A DNA stretch of 56,412 nucleotides, from IMG/VR virus record IMGVR_UViG_2718218136_000004, one strand, 5' to 3'. Positions 27,314 through 36,420 of this stretch are shown here, one piece after another (position 1 is the stretch's first letter; every line of letters starts with the position of its first letter). Below the pieces are notes generated by a model. It did no database searches. It was not told where the DNA came from and was given only the letters and a program-made list of their open reading frames with translations. The position numbers and the translations under genes were made by a program. Source of the stretch: a virus (lineage: Duplodnaviria > Heunggongvirae > Uroviricota > Caudoviricetes).

Positions 27314-27739
27314 ATGACAGCACAGATAGCGGCTTACGGGCGGCTGGTGGCTGACCCGCAGTTAAAGACCACCAGCAAGGGGACACAAATGGCTATGGCG
27401 AGTATGGCGGTTCCCCTGCCGTGCAGCCAGGCAGATGAAGGAACGGCGACGATGTGGTTATCCGTCCTGGCGTTTGGCAGACAGGCCGATGCACTGGCAA
27501 AACACCAGAAAGGCGAACTGGTGAGTGTGGCGGGTAACATGCAGGTAAGCCAGTGGACAGGCCAGAACGGCGAAATGCGGCAGGGCTGGCAGGTCATCGC
27601 AGACAGCGTAATCAGTGCGCGAACGGCGCGACCGGGCGGCAAAAAAGGCCAGCAGGGCCAGGCTACTGACGCACTGAACAGGGCAAAACAACAGACAGGC
27701 CAGCACGATGATCCGTACGGGGACGGGATACCGTTTTAA
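27314..27739 (+). CDS. Single-stranded DNA-binding protein (SSB-like)
   Basis: 141-aa ORF ending ...DDPYGDGIPF, resembling the acidic SSB C-terminal tail (DDDIPF). Confidence 0.6.
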   Translation: MTAQIAAYGRLVADPQLKTTSKGTQMAMASMAVPLPCSQADEGTATMWLSVLAFGRQADALAKHQKGELVSVAGNMQVSQWTGQNGEMRQGWQVIADSVISARTARPGGKKGQQGQATDALNRAKQQTGQHDDPYGDGIPF

Positions 27740-27754
27740 GCAGTGAGGTACAGC

Positions 27755-28051
27755 ATGATTAAAGACAGCAAAGCGGAAGAACTGGAGGCTAAAGGGCTGT
27801 ACCGGAGAGCGGCGGCACGTTGGGCTGATGTTATGTGGCTGGTGAGCACTGACAAGGAGCGCGAACAGGTGGCAAAGCGTCGCGCGGAATGTATCCGTAA
27901 GGCAGCGCGTCAACCAGTCATACCGGATAATTTCGGAATACTGAAAGAGGCCATAAACCGCACACATACCGGGATGGGCTTACAGAAACCTGGCGGTGAG
28001 ATGTTCAGGAACTACCCGAAAAAAAAAGGGATAATTGATAACGGTTGTTAA
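27755..28051 (+). CDS. Hypothetical small protein
   Basis: 98-aa ORF with GTGAGG RBS. Confidence 0.4.
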   Translation: MIKDSKAEELEAKGLYRRAAARWADVMWLVSTDKEREQVAKRRAECIRKAARQPVIPDNFGILKEAINRTHTGMGLQKPGGEMFRNYPKKKGIIDNGC

Positions 28052-28083
28052 CTGTTTCTGGTATCGTGGCAGCAGGAGGAAAC

Positions 28084-28332
28084 ATGCCAGTGACATTTGA
28101 AGAAGTCCAGCAACATAAAAAGCTTCATGATTTTGATGATCTGGAAACCACGACAGTAAAAAAATATCGCCGGCTGCTTTCTTCCGATGCGTTATTTTTT
28201 GTGGATCATCATGATTTTCTGCGTAGCTCACTGACCGGGGAAATTTTCGCAACCAACCGTGAGCAGGTGGAAGCGATGATCGAATATCTGTGGAAAATAA
28301 GACGCAGAATGCGGGATCCAGTGAAACAATAA
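28084..28332 (+). CDS. Hypothetical small protein
   Basis: 82-aa ORF with AGGAGG RBS. Confidence 0.45.
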   Translation: MPVTFEEVQQHKKLHDFDDLETTTVKKYRRLLSSDALFFVDHHDFLRSSLTGEIFATNREQVEAMIEYLWKIRRRMRDPVKQ

Positions 28333-28605
28333 AGCGATAAAGGCCTGGATTTTTTTCAGGTCTTTTTTCAGGTTTTGTAAATTATTTGTTCGTGGTTGTT
28401 CCAGGTTGTTCGGTGATTCTGGCTGATGTTTACATACTGATTTTTATGTATATGTTGGCGTGTGGCACTCAGACGTGAGCCGCCACAATGCCGCCTGACC
28501 CCCTGCGCGATGCCGGGTTGATCTGCGAGATGCCGAGAGTGTCGGGCGGCGCTCCCTCCGTGTTGGTTTCACGTCCTGAATCTTAACCAATACGAGAAAA
28601 CCTTC

Positions 28606-29775
28606 ATGAAGAAATTAATCGAACTCCGCCAGCAAAAAACCGCCCTGAAAAACCAGATGCGATCCCTGCTGGAAAAAGCCGACAGTGAAAACCGCAGCCT
28701 GAACGATGACGAGGGCAAACAGTTTGATGAACTGCGTGCAAAAGCCGATTCCCTCGACACAGAAATTTCCCGCCTCGAGTCTGTGGCTGATGAAGAACGC
28801 AGCAAGCCAGGAACGGGCATCCAGAAATTATCATCTGATGAATTGCGTAACTATATCGTAACCGGAGATGTGCGATCACTGTCCACCAGCACTGACAGCG
28901 GCAGGGATGGCGGATATACCGTAATTCCTGAGCTTGATCGCGAAGTCATGCGCCAGCTACAGGATGACAGTGTTATGCGCGTGATCGCGACCGTGAAGAC
29001 CGCAAAATCAAATGAGTTTCAGAAACTGGTTTCCACTGGCGGCGCAACTGTAGGAAGAGGCACAGAAGGCAGCGCGCGCAGCGAAACCAACACCCCGAAA
29101 ATTGAACGCGTAACCATCAAGCTGAATCCGATCTACGCCTACCCGAAAACCACGCAGGAAATCCTGGATTTTTCAGAGGTGGATATTCTGGGCTGGTTAT
29201 CCTCCGAAATTGCCGACACGTTCGCCAGCACCGAAGAGGATGATTTTGTTAATGGCGACGGTAACGGCAAGCCGAAAGGATTCATGGCTTACACCCGTGC
29301 GGCGACCAGTGACAAAACCCGCGCTTTTGGCACCATTGAAAAAATGGTAGCGGCAAGTGGAACCGCCATTACAGCGGACGAACTGATCGACATTCTCTAC
29401 AAGCTGAAAGCGAAATACCGCAAAAATGCCGTCTGGGTGATGAACTCGGGCACGGCAGGGACACTACAGAAGCTGAAAAATGAGAACGGCGATTATATCT
29501 GGCGCGACAGCCTTAAAGAAGGTGCGCCGGATATGTTGCTTGGTCGTCCTGTTTACTGCCTGGAGTCCATGCCGGACATCGGCGCAGGAAAAGCACCGCT
29601 AGCGGTTGGCGATTTCAGTCGTGGTTATTTCATCGTTGATCATGTAACAGGGATTCGCACCCGACCGGACAACATTACTGAACCCGGATTCTACAAGGTC
29701 CACACGGATAAATATCTGGGCGGTGGTGTGGTGGATTCAAACGCCATCAAAATTCTGGAAATGAAAGCTGGCTAG
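28606..29775 (+). CDS. Satellite major capsid protein (HK97 fold) with N-terminal coiled-coil delta domain
   Basis: 389 aa; C-terminal region co-linear with the prophage capsid protein (38304-39509). Confidence 0.8.
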   Translation: MKKLIELRQQKTALKNQMRSLLEKADSENRSLNDDEGKQFDELRAKADSLDTEISRLESVADEERSKPGTGIQKLSSDELRNYIVTGDVRSLSTSTDSGRDGGYTVIPELDREVMRQLQDDSVMRVIATVKTAKSNEFQKLVSTGGATVGRGTEGSARSETNTPKIERVTIKLNPIYAYPKTTQEILDFSEVDILGWLSSEIADTFASTEEDDFVNGDGNGKPKGFMAYTRAATSDKTRAFGTIEKMVAASGTAITADELIDILYKLKAKYRKNAVWVMNSGTAGTLQKLKNENGDYIWRDSLKEGAPDMLLGRPVYCLESMPDIGAGKAPLAVGDFSRGYFIVDHVTGIRTRPDNITEPGFYKVHTDKYLGGGVVDSNAIKILEMKAG

Positions 29776-29787
29776 TCATGAGTAAGG

Positions 29788-29810
29788 AGGAGGCTGCGGC
29801 CTCCTTTTTC
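29788..29810 (+). terminator. Stem-loop with T-run after satellite capsid gene
   Basis: AGGAGGC-TGCG-GCCTCCT followed by TTTTT. Confidence 0.4.
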
Positions 29811-29829
29811 AGCTTTATGGAGTACACCG

Positions 29830-30390
29830 ATGAAAAACACCGATTTTGAAATCCGCACATCTGAACTGACCGCCAGCGATAAAAAACTGGTGGGTTATGC
29901 CGTTCGCTGGAACAGCCTTTCAGAAATTATCTGGGACGAATTCCGCGAACAGTTCACGCCGGGGGCTTTTGCTGACTATCTGGCGGCGGGTAATGATGTG
30001 CGCTGCCTGTATGAGCATGACTATACCCAACTGCTGGGGCGCACCAAATCCGGCACTCTGGTACTGACTGAGGATAACACCGGGTTACGTTTTGAGCTGA
30101 CACCGCCGGATACCCAGCTTGGAAAAGATGTGCTTACGCTGGTGGAGCGTGGCGACATTACAGGAATGAGCTTTGGTTTTCGCGCATTATGCGAGGAGTG
30201 GAGTATCGCGCAAAAACCGTATTTGCGTACCGTAACTGCCGCAGAACTCCGTGAAATCACGATAACGTCGATGCCTGCTTATCCCGAATCCGGCGTGGAG
30301 ATTGCCCACCGTTCGTTGTTTGCACAGCACCCTGAATTACGCCCGGCAGGAAATAATCGTCATCGCTGGGCTGAACTGGCGGGGTTGTGA
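29830..30390 (+). CDS. Satellite prohead protease (HK97 family)
   Basis: 186-aa ORF similar in N-terminus to the prophage protease; between capsid and portal genes. Confidence 0.75.
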   Translation: MKNTDFEIRTSELTASDKKLVGYAVRWNSLSEIIWDEFREQFTPGAFADYLAAGNDVRCLYEHDYTQLLGRTKSGTLVLTEDNTGLRFELTPPDTQLGKDVLTLVERGDITGMSFGFRALCEEWSIAQKPYLRTVTAAELREITITSMPAYPESGVEIAHRSLFAQHPELRPAGNNRHRWAELAGL

Positions 30391-30391
30391 T

Positions 30392-31615
30392 ATGTGGTGG
30401 CCTTTTAGTCGTAAAAAAAGCGAGCTGCGTAACCTGTCCATTGATGATTTTCTGGCGCTGTCCGGCGTACCGAATACCGGAGCCGGAGAATATGTTTCTG
30501 CCGGGACGGCTGAATCATTGCCTGCTGTGATGAACGCGGTTTCTGTCATCGCTGAGGCGGTGGCCACGATGCCGTGTTATCTGTATCTGGTACGTAATGA
30601 CAAGGGCAGGGAGGCGCGGGAATGGTTGGACAGTCACCCGGTCGATATTCTGCTGAATGAGCAGCCTAATTCGTGCCAGACACCTTACCAGTTTAAACGC
30701 ACAATGATGCGTCACTGCCTGCTGAACGGTAACGCCTATGCGGTTATTGAGTGGGGGCGGGACGGTCAGCCAAAATCACTTCATCCTTATGCGCCGGGGT
30801 GTGTTGTACCGGAACGCACAGGCGCACACAAATACCGCTATACCATCACCGAACCCTATACAGGAACGGTGCGCACGTATTTACAGGAAGAAGTTCTGCA
30901 TCTCCGCTATGCCTCGGATGATGGCTTTCTGGGGCGCTCCCCTGTCACGATTTGCCGTGAGGCACTTGGGCTTGGCCTTGCTCAACAGCGCCACGGAGCC
31001 AGCATTATGAAAGATGGCATGATGGCGGCAGGGATTATCACGTCAGGCGAATGGCTGGACGGCGTGAAAGGTAAACAGGCATTGGATGCTCTGGAACGCT
31101 ACAAGGGGGCGAAAAATGCCGGAAAAACGCCAATCCTTGAAGGGGGCATGGATTACAAGCAACTGGGAATGAGTAACCAGGATGCGGAATGGCTGGCCTC
31201 CCGTCGCTTCTCCATTGAAGACATTGCCCGTATGTTCAACGTATCGCCTATTTTTCTGCAGGAATACAGCAATAGCACCTACAGCAATTTCAGCGAGGCA
31301 AGCCGCGCGTTTCTGACCATGACAATGCGCCCATGGCTGGCGAACTTCGAACAGCAAATCAAGGCTGCTTTGCTGGTGGCTTCTCCCGTACCTGGTACCC
31401 GTTATCTGGTTGAGTTTGATTCAGCCGATTTACTGCGCGCCACACCTACCGAACGTTACGCCACGTATGAGAAAGGAATTAAGAACGGGATCATGAATCC
31501 GAACGAAGCCCGTGAGCGTGAGGGAATGCCGCCGCGTGAAGGTGGCGACGAGTTCAGCCAGGCATGGAAGCAGGAAGTGACAATCAGCAAGAACAGTAAG
31601 GGCGGTGACGAATGA
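30392..31615 (+). CDS. Satellite portal protein (HK97 family)
   Basis: ATG at 30392 after protease stop; segments homologous to the prophage portal (36420-37661). Confidence 0.8.
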   Translation: MWWPFSRKKSELRNLSIDDFLALSGVPNTGAGEYVSAGTAESLPAVMNAVSVIAEAVATMPCYLYLVRNDKGREAREWLDSHPVDILLNEQPNSCQTPYQFKRTMMRHCLLNGNAYAVIEWGRDGQPKSLHPYAPGCVVPERTGAHKYRYTITEPYTGTVRTYLQEEVLHLRYASDDGFLGRSPVTICREALGLGLAQQRHGASIMKDGMMAAGIITSGEWLDGVKGKQALDALERYKGAKNAGKTPILEGGMDYKQLGMSNQDAEWLASRRFSIEDIARMFNVSPIFLQEYSNSTYSNFSEASRAFLTMTMRPWLANFEQQIKAALLVASPVPGTRYLVEFDSADLLRATPTERYATYEKGIKNGIMNPNEAREREGMPPREGGDEFSQAWKQEVTISKNSKGGDE

Positions 31616-31950
31616 TAGCCGGAAATATGCGGGACCGGGTGACGATTATGACATTTACCACACAGCGCCTGCCGTCAGGTGCGATCCAGCAGATATGGAC
31701 GGAAGGGGAAACCATCTGGGCAGAGGTCAAGGGGATCAGCGGACGGGAATTACTGACCGCAGGCGCAGAAACCGCACCTGCAACGATTCGGGTATGGGTT
31801 CGCTATCGTGGCGACATATCCGCCGCCAGTCGCCTGAAAGTGCTTACCGGCGCTTTTGCCGGGAGCACGCTTAATATCATCGGGATCCCCTTACCTGATG
31901 CGAAAAGAACCCGGCTGGAAATTCTGGCAAAGGTGGGTACAGAAAAATGA
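31612..31950 (+). CDS. Satellite head-tail adaptor / head closure protein
   Basis: 112 aa, about 60% identical by eye to the prophage homologue at 40074-40412 (shared TIWAEVKGISGRE, RLEIL). Confidence 0.7.
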   Translation: MIAGNMRDRVTIMTFTTQRLPSGAIQQIWTEGETIWAEVKGISGRELLTAGAETAPATIRVWVRYRGDISAASRLKVLTGAFAGSTLNIIGIPLPDAKRTRLEILAKVGTEK

Positions 31951-32243
31951 CAGCAGAAAAAATAACCCTGGAAGAGGCCAAACTTCACTGCCGCATAGAT
32001 GGTAACACAGAAGACACACTGATTCAGGCATACATAAGCGCGGCGCTGGAGGTATGCCAGAAGCATATTGGCAGGCGTTTTGATGACGGCCTGGAATTTA
32101 CCCCTGCAATAAAAATTGGTTGCCTGATGTACATCTCGCAACTGTACGAGTACCGGACAACGCTTGGCGATACCGATACAAAAGAAATTCCCCTGACGAT
32201 TTCCGCGCTCTGGTCGGTTTATCGTGATGTGGGGGTGTACTGA
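31947..32243 (+). CDS. Satellite head-tail connector (gp6-like)
   Basis: 98-aa ORF; related to the prophage protein at 39760-40065 (shared CRID...N...E pattern). Confidence 0.6.
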   Translation: MTAEKITLEEAKLHCRIDGNTEDTLIQAYISAALEVCQKHIGRRFDDGLEFTPAIKIGCLMYISQLYEYRTTLGDTDTKEIPLTISALWSVYRDVGVY

Positions 32244-32683
32244 TGCCATGGCAACCATTAAGGCGATGCACTGAGCCGGGCTGTAATAAGCGCGTGAAGT
32301 CCGGCAAGTGTGAAGAGCACAGGCGGGCTGCATGGCGTGCAGAGGATGCCAGACGGGGACACCGCCGCGCACGTGGGTATTCCCGACTGTGGGACAAATA
32401 CCGCGCCATGTACCTGAAAAAAAATCCGTTATGCGTGCGTTGTCTGGCTAAGGGTATTTATACGCCAGCTCTTGTGGTGGATCACATCATTCCCATCAAT
32501 GGCGGCGGTGATGTTCTCTTCTGGCCTGAGTGGAACCACCAGGCATTGTGCCAGACGTGCCACAACCGTAAGACGACACGGGAAGATCCAGCCACGAAAG
32601 CGAACCGTAAGGCGGGCATGTATCGCGAGCAGGAAGAACGGGCGGCACATCGTAACGACTGGATGTATGGCGATGATGACTGA
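32243..32683 (+). CDS. Satellite HNH endonuclease
   Basis: Cys-rich N-terminus and VVDHIIPINGGGD...ALCQTCHNRKT HNH motif; upstream of terS. Confidence 0.8.
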   Translation: MPWQPLRRCTEPGCNKRVKSGKCEEHRRAAWRAEDARRGHRRARGYSRLWDKYRAMYLKKNPLCVRCLAKGIYTPALVVDHIIPINGGGDVLFWPEWNHQALCQTCHNRKTTREDPATKANRKAGMYREQEERAAHRNDWMYGDDD

Positions 32684-32971
32684 ACAGGAGCAAAACAGGC
32701 TGATACGTGGACTGATAAGGCAGCGTGACTTATGGAAGACACAGGAGACAGGGCACAAAGCCAACAGGACAGAGCGCACAGAACGCACCACAGCGAAGCG
32801 ATTAACCGACCGTGACCGCGAGGTCATGGAATGTTTTCGCAATCGCTGGTGAGGCCGTCAGAGGGGGTGGGGGAGGTTTTCAGGACGAAACCGCCCCTGC
32901 CGGACACCGACCGCCTCCTCAAATTTTTGTGCACGGGAATTTTTTTGAAAATAATTGGGCGAAAAAAGAAC

Positions 32972-33328
32972 ATGGCAAGACCACCAAAAGCCCCCGCTTA
33001 CCTGGATGAAATCGCGGTCAGGCAGTGGAAGGAAAAATCGCGCCAGCTTTCCGGGCGGGAAGACCTTACCCCCGCCGACTGGAGCAATCTGGAACTGTAT
33101 TGTGTTAACTACTCCATATACCGCAAAGCCGTCGAAGACCTTGCGACGCGCGGGTTCAGCATTGTTAACAGTCAGGGCAGCGAGAGCAGAAACCCCGCCC
33201 TGAGCGCAAAGGCTGACGCGGAAAGAATAATGATCAAAATGGCTTCTTTGCTGGGTTTTGACCCGGTAAGCCGCCGCAGAAATCCACCGGAAACAGAGGA
33301 AGAGGACGAGCTTGACCGCCTGGCATGA
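32972..33328 (+). CDS. Satellite terminase small subunit (P27 family)
   Basis: Start at MARPPKAPAYLDE... (ATG 32972); upstream of and overlapping terL. Confidence 0.65.
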   Translation: MARPPKAPAYLDEIAVRQWKEKSRQLSGREDLTPADWSNLELYCVNYSIYRKAVEDLATRGFSIVNSQGSESRNPALSAKADAERIMIKMASLLGFDPVSRRRNPPETEEEDELDRLA

Positions 33329-34973
33329 GTACGCAGAAGGCGTAAAAAACGGCAAAATTACGGCCTGTAAACGACTGAAACAGGCCGTTAAACGGTATTT
33401 TTATGACCTTGAAAACCCCCTTTACACGTTCGAACCGGAGGTCGTGGAGCGGTTTATTGCCTTTTCCAGGGTGTGTCCGCACGTAAAAGGCGCAATGCGT
33501 GGTAGCCCCATTGAGCTGGAGCCGTGGCAGCAGTTCGCCTTTGCGTGCATCCTGGGCTTTAAGGTTAAGGCCACCGGACGGCGCAAATACACCAGCGCAT
33601 TCATTGAAGTACCGCGAAAAAATGCCAAATCCACGGTCGCCGCTATCCTGGCTAACTGGTTTCTGGTTATGGAAAACGGGCAGCAGGATATTTACACCGC
33701 CGCCGTGAGTCGTGATCAGGCGCGGATCGTGTTTGATGATGCGCGTCAGATGTGCCTTTTATCCCGACCGTTACGAAAGCGGGTAAATATTCAGGCACAC
33801 AAGGTGATACACCCGAAAACCAACAGCCTGTTAAAGCCACTGGCAGCAAAAGCGGCAACCATTGAAGGTACAAACCCGAGTCTTGCCATTGTAGATGAAT
33901 ATCACCTGCACCCTGACAACGGGGTTTATTCCGCGCTTGAACTGGGAATGGGGGCGCGTCCGGAGGGGTTATTATTTGCCATCACCACATCGGGGAGCAA
34001 CGTTGTTTCAGCCTGTAAACAACACTACGACTATTGCTGCCAGATACTGGATGGTGAAGAGGTGAACGAATCCATGTTCGTACTGATTTACGAGCTGGAT
34101 GATGAAAGCGAGGTTGACGATCCGGCGATGTGGATAAAGGCGAATCCCAATATCGATGTTTCCGTCGATCGTGAAAAACTGGCCTCAACCATCCAGAAAG
34201 CGCGGGGTATTCCGTCGCAGTGGGTGGAAATGCTCACCAAGCGATTCAATATCTGGTGTCAGGGGGCTACGCCGTGGATGGGTAACGGTGCATGGGCGGA
34301 GTGCGCCGGAACGTTCGCGGAGGCGGATTTATACGGGCAGGAGTGCTACGTGGGGCTGGACTTATCATCAACCAGCGATATTTCTAGCGTGTGCTATGCC
34401 TTTCCGGTCGGTAAAAAGATTATGCTGGTTTCCCGTCACTATCTGCCGGAATTTCAGTTACAGAACCCCGCCAATAAAAACCGCGCCATTTATCGCCAGT
34501 GGGTAAAGGCGGGCTGGATACGCACAACACCGGGTGACTGCATTGATTATGACCGTATCCGTGATGACATCATGGTGGATGCAGAGAATTTCAGTATCAG
34601 GCTGGTGGGCTTCGATACATGGAACGCCACTCACCTGAGAACACAGCTACAGGGGGCGGGATTTGAGGTGGAGCCGTTCCCGCAAACGTACCTTCGTTTC
34701 AGTCCGGCGGCGAAATCGTTCGAAGTTTTTGTTAACCGGAAGGTGATTGTGCATCGTGGTGATCCGGTGCTGGCCTGGTCAATGAGTAATGTTGTGATGC
34801 AGAGTGACGCGAACGCCAATATCAAGCCGAACAAGAAAAAATCATCCAACAAGATAGACCCGAGCGTTGCGGCGCTGATGGCGTTTGGCACATTCCAGGC
34901 AGAGCATGAGGAATTTGCATTCGATATGAGCGACAGCCACAAAGAGCGGCTTGCGACGTTTGATGGTGTGTAA
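33312..34973 (+). CDS. Satellite terminase large subunit, intact
   Basis: 553-aa ORF co-linear with both fragments of the split prophage terL (ATPase and nuclease domains). Confidence 0.85.
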   Translation: MTAWHEYAEGVKNGKITACKRLKQAVKRYFYDLENPLYTFEPEVVERFIAFSRVCPHVKGAMRGSPIELEPWQQFAFACILGFKVKATGRRKYTSAFIEVPRKNAKSTVAAILANWFLVMENGQQDIYTAAVSRDQARIVFDDARQMCLLSRPLRKRVNIQAHKVIHPKTNSLLKPLAAKAATIEGTNPSLAIVDEYHLHPDNGVYSALELGMGARPEGLLFAITTSGSNVVSACKQHYDYCCQILDGEEVNESMFVLIYELDDESEVDDPAMWIKANPNIDVSVDREKLASTIQKARGIPSQWVEMLTKRFNIWCQGATPWMGNGAWAECAGTFAEADLYGQECYVGLDLSSTSDISSVCYAFPVGKKIMLVSRHYLPEFQLQNPANKNRAIYRQWVKAGWIRTTPGDCIDYDRIRDDIMVDAENFSIRLVGFDTWNATHLRTQLQGAGFEVEPFPQTYLRFSPAAKSFEVFVNRKVIVHRGDPVLAWSMSNVVMQSDANANIKPNKKKSSNKIDPSVAALMAFGTFQAEHEEFAFDMSDSHKERLATFDGV

Positions 34974-35049
34974 CGGAATGGATGAGAGAGGACAATGCTC
35001 ATTTAATGGAATAAATTTTCAGTATTATCGGCACCCACTTTCAGGGATG

Positions 35050-35210
35050 TTTTTGCGGGTTATTTGAGTGGTGTTTGCGGGTTATTTTGAATGTCTTGCG
35101 GGTTACATTCTGGCTGATATTTAGATACGTTGTTTTTTAACGTATTGATATTAAAGAGTAAAAAATACTTAGCACGCGAAGATAACCCGCTAACCCGCAT
35201 AACCCGCACT
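35050..35210. repeat. Second iteron cluster near the satellite right end: TTGCGGGTTA(T/C) x3, AT-rich spacer with palindrome, ATAACCCGC x3
   Basis: Same motif and inverted architecture as the cluster at 27100-27255. Confidence 0.5.
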
Positions 35211-35393
35211 GTTTTGTATATATATACGAAAAATTGCATTCAGGGGGGGATCGAAATTTCTACTGCCTCTTATCTCTTTGAGTGCTCACCTCGTCAGATT
35301 GTTACACACAAGAAATAAAAAATGCTTCGCGATGGTAGGTCGAATCACTGTATCAAAAAACGGTGTGTATCAGCATTAAAACAATACAGATAC

Positions 35394-35414
35394 GTGTATT
35401 GCGCTGTGTATTGC
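35394..35414. repeat. GTGTATTGC repeats near attR, candidate integrase arm-type sites
   Basis: GTGTATTGCGCTGTGTATTGC; further GTGTAT / CAATAC copies at 35361-35390. Confidence 0.45.
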
Positions 35415-35489
35415 TCGATGATTTATAAAGACTGTTTTTTCATGTTAACTGATTGATATACAGGTGATTTTAAAAAACTTGAAATATTC

Positions 35490-35496
35490 TTACCAA
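35490..35496. repeat. attR crossover core (TTACCAA)
   Basis: Direct repeat of 20042-20048. Confidence 0.5.
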
Positions 35497-36226
35497 ACAC
35501 ATGAATGTGTGGGTAACAGCAGAGTCTGCCTGGATGGACATGATTAAGTGGGAGAAGTGCGAATACATTGCCCCGCGACATGAGCTGAAAACGTATCCCA
35601 TGTGGGTCGGCGTTGACCTTGCTCATAAGATTGATATCTGTGCGGCGGCAAAACTCTGGCGAACGGATAACGGGCATGTTCATGCCGATTTTAAATTCTG
35701 GCTCCCGGAAGGACGGCTGGAACGATGCTCGCGGCAGCAGGCAGAACTTTACCGGAAGTGGGCGGAGATGGATAAGCTGATTCTGACGGATGGTGATGTT
35801 ATCGATCATGCTCAGATAAAAAGTGACTTACTGGAATGGATTGGTGGTGAAAACCTCAGGGAACTGGGATTTGACCCGTGGAGCGCGATGCAGTTCAGCC
35901 TGGCACTGGCTGAAGAAGGGATACCGCTGGTGGAGGTTCCGCAGACGGTTCGCAATCTGTCAGAGGCCATGAAGGAAACGGAATCACTGGTCTATGCCGG
36001 ACGTTTCCATCACAGCAATCATCCGGTCATGAACTGGATGATGTCTAACGTTACGGTAAAACCGGACAAAAACGACAATATCTTCCCGAATAAATCCACG
36101 CTGGAAGCCAAAATCGACGGCCCTGTTGCGATGTTTACAGCAATGAGCCGGATGCTGGTCAATGGTGGTGAACCGGAGCCGGATCTGTCTGAACATCTGG
36201 TCAGCGTGGGCATCCGCTCGCTTTAA
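35490..36226 (+). CDS. Terminase large subunit, 3' portion (nuclease domain), continuation of the gene interrupted at 20048
   Basis: Translation ...[14 protein letters not shown]... is co-linear with the insert TerL segment ...TKRFNIWCQGATPW...; downstream motifs also conserved. Confidence 0.85.
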
Positions 36227-36237
36227 CCGAGGTCATT

Positions 36238-36420
36238 ATGTTTCTGATAATTCTCGCGCCACTGGTGGGCGTGCTGGGTGCGCTTTTGCTGGCGTATGGT
36301 GCCTGGCTGATTTATCCCCCGGCGGGTTTTGTTGTTGCCGGGGCGCTGTGCCTGTTCTGGTCGTGGCTGGTGGCGCGATATCTCGACCGTACACAGCCGT
36401 CTGTCGGCGGAGGTAAATAG
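36238..36420 (+). CDS. Small membrane protein
   Basis: 60-aa hydrophobic ORF between terL and portal. Confidence 0.4.
   Translation: MFLIILAPLVGVLGALLLAYGAWLIYPPAGFVVAGALCLFWSWLVARYLDRTQPSVGGGK

Larger units (their letters stand above)
20042..35496 (+). mobile_element. Integrated capsid-forming PICI-like phage satellite (~15.45 kb) inserted within the prophage terL gene
   Basis: Bounded by TTACCAA direct repeats; int at left end, AlpA-like regulators, replication protein with iteron ori, SSB, own capsid/protease/portal/adaptor/HNH/TerS/TerL, no tail genes; flanking terL fragments rejoin in frame. Confidence 0.8.

Noticed and set aside
27100-35210. CRISPR array interpretation of the GCGGGTTAT repeat clusters
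   Set aside because: Repeats are 9-13 bp, arranged as inverted sets around AT-rich spacers with no regular spacers and no cas genes; consistent with replication iterons.
20042-35496. Insert as a second complete prophage or a P4-type satellite
   Set aside because: It has no tail or lysis genes, so it is not a full phage; it encodes its own capsid, portal, protease and terminase, unlike P4, which redirects helper capsid proteins. The cf-PICI-like reading fits better.
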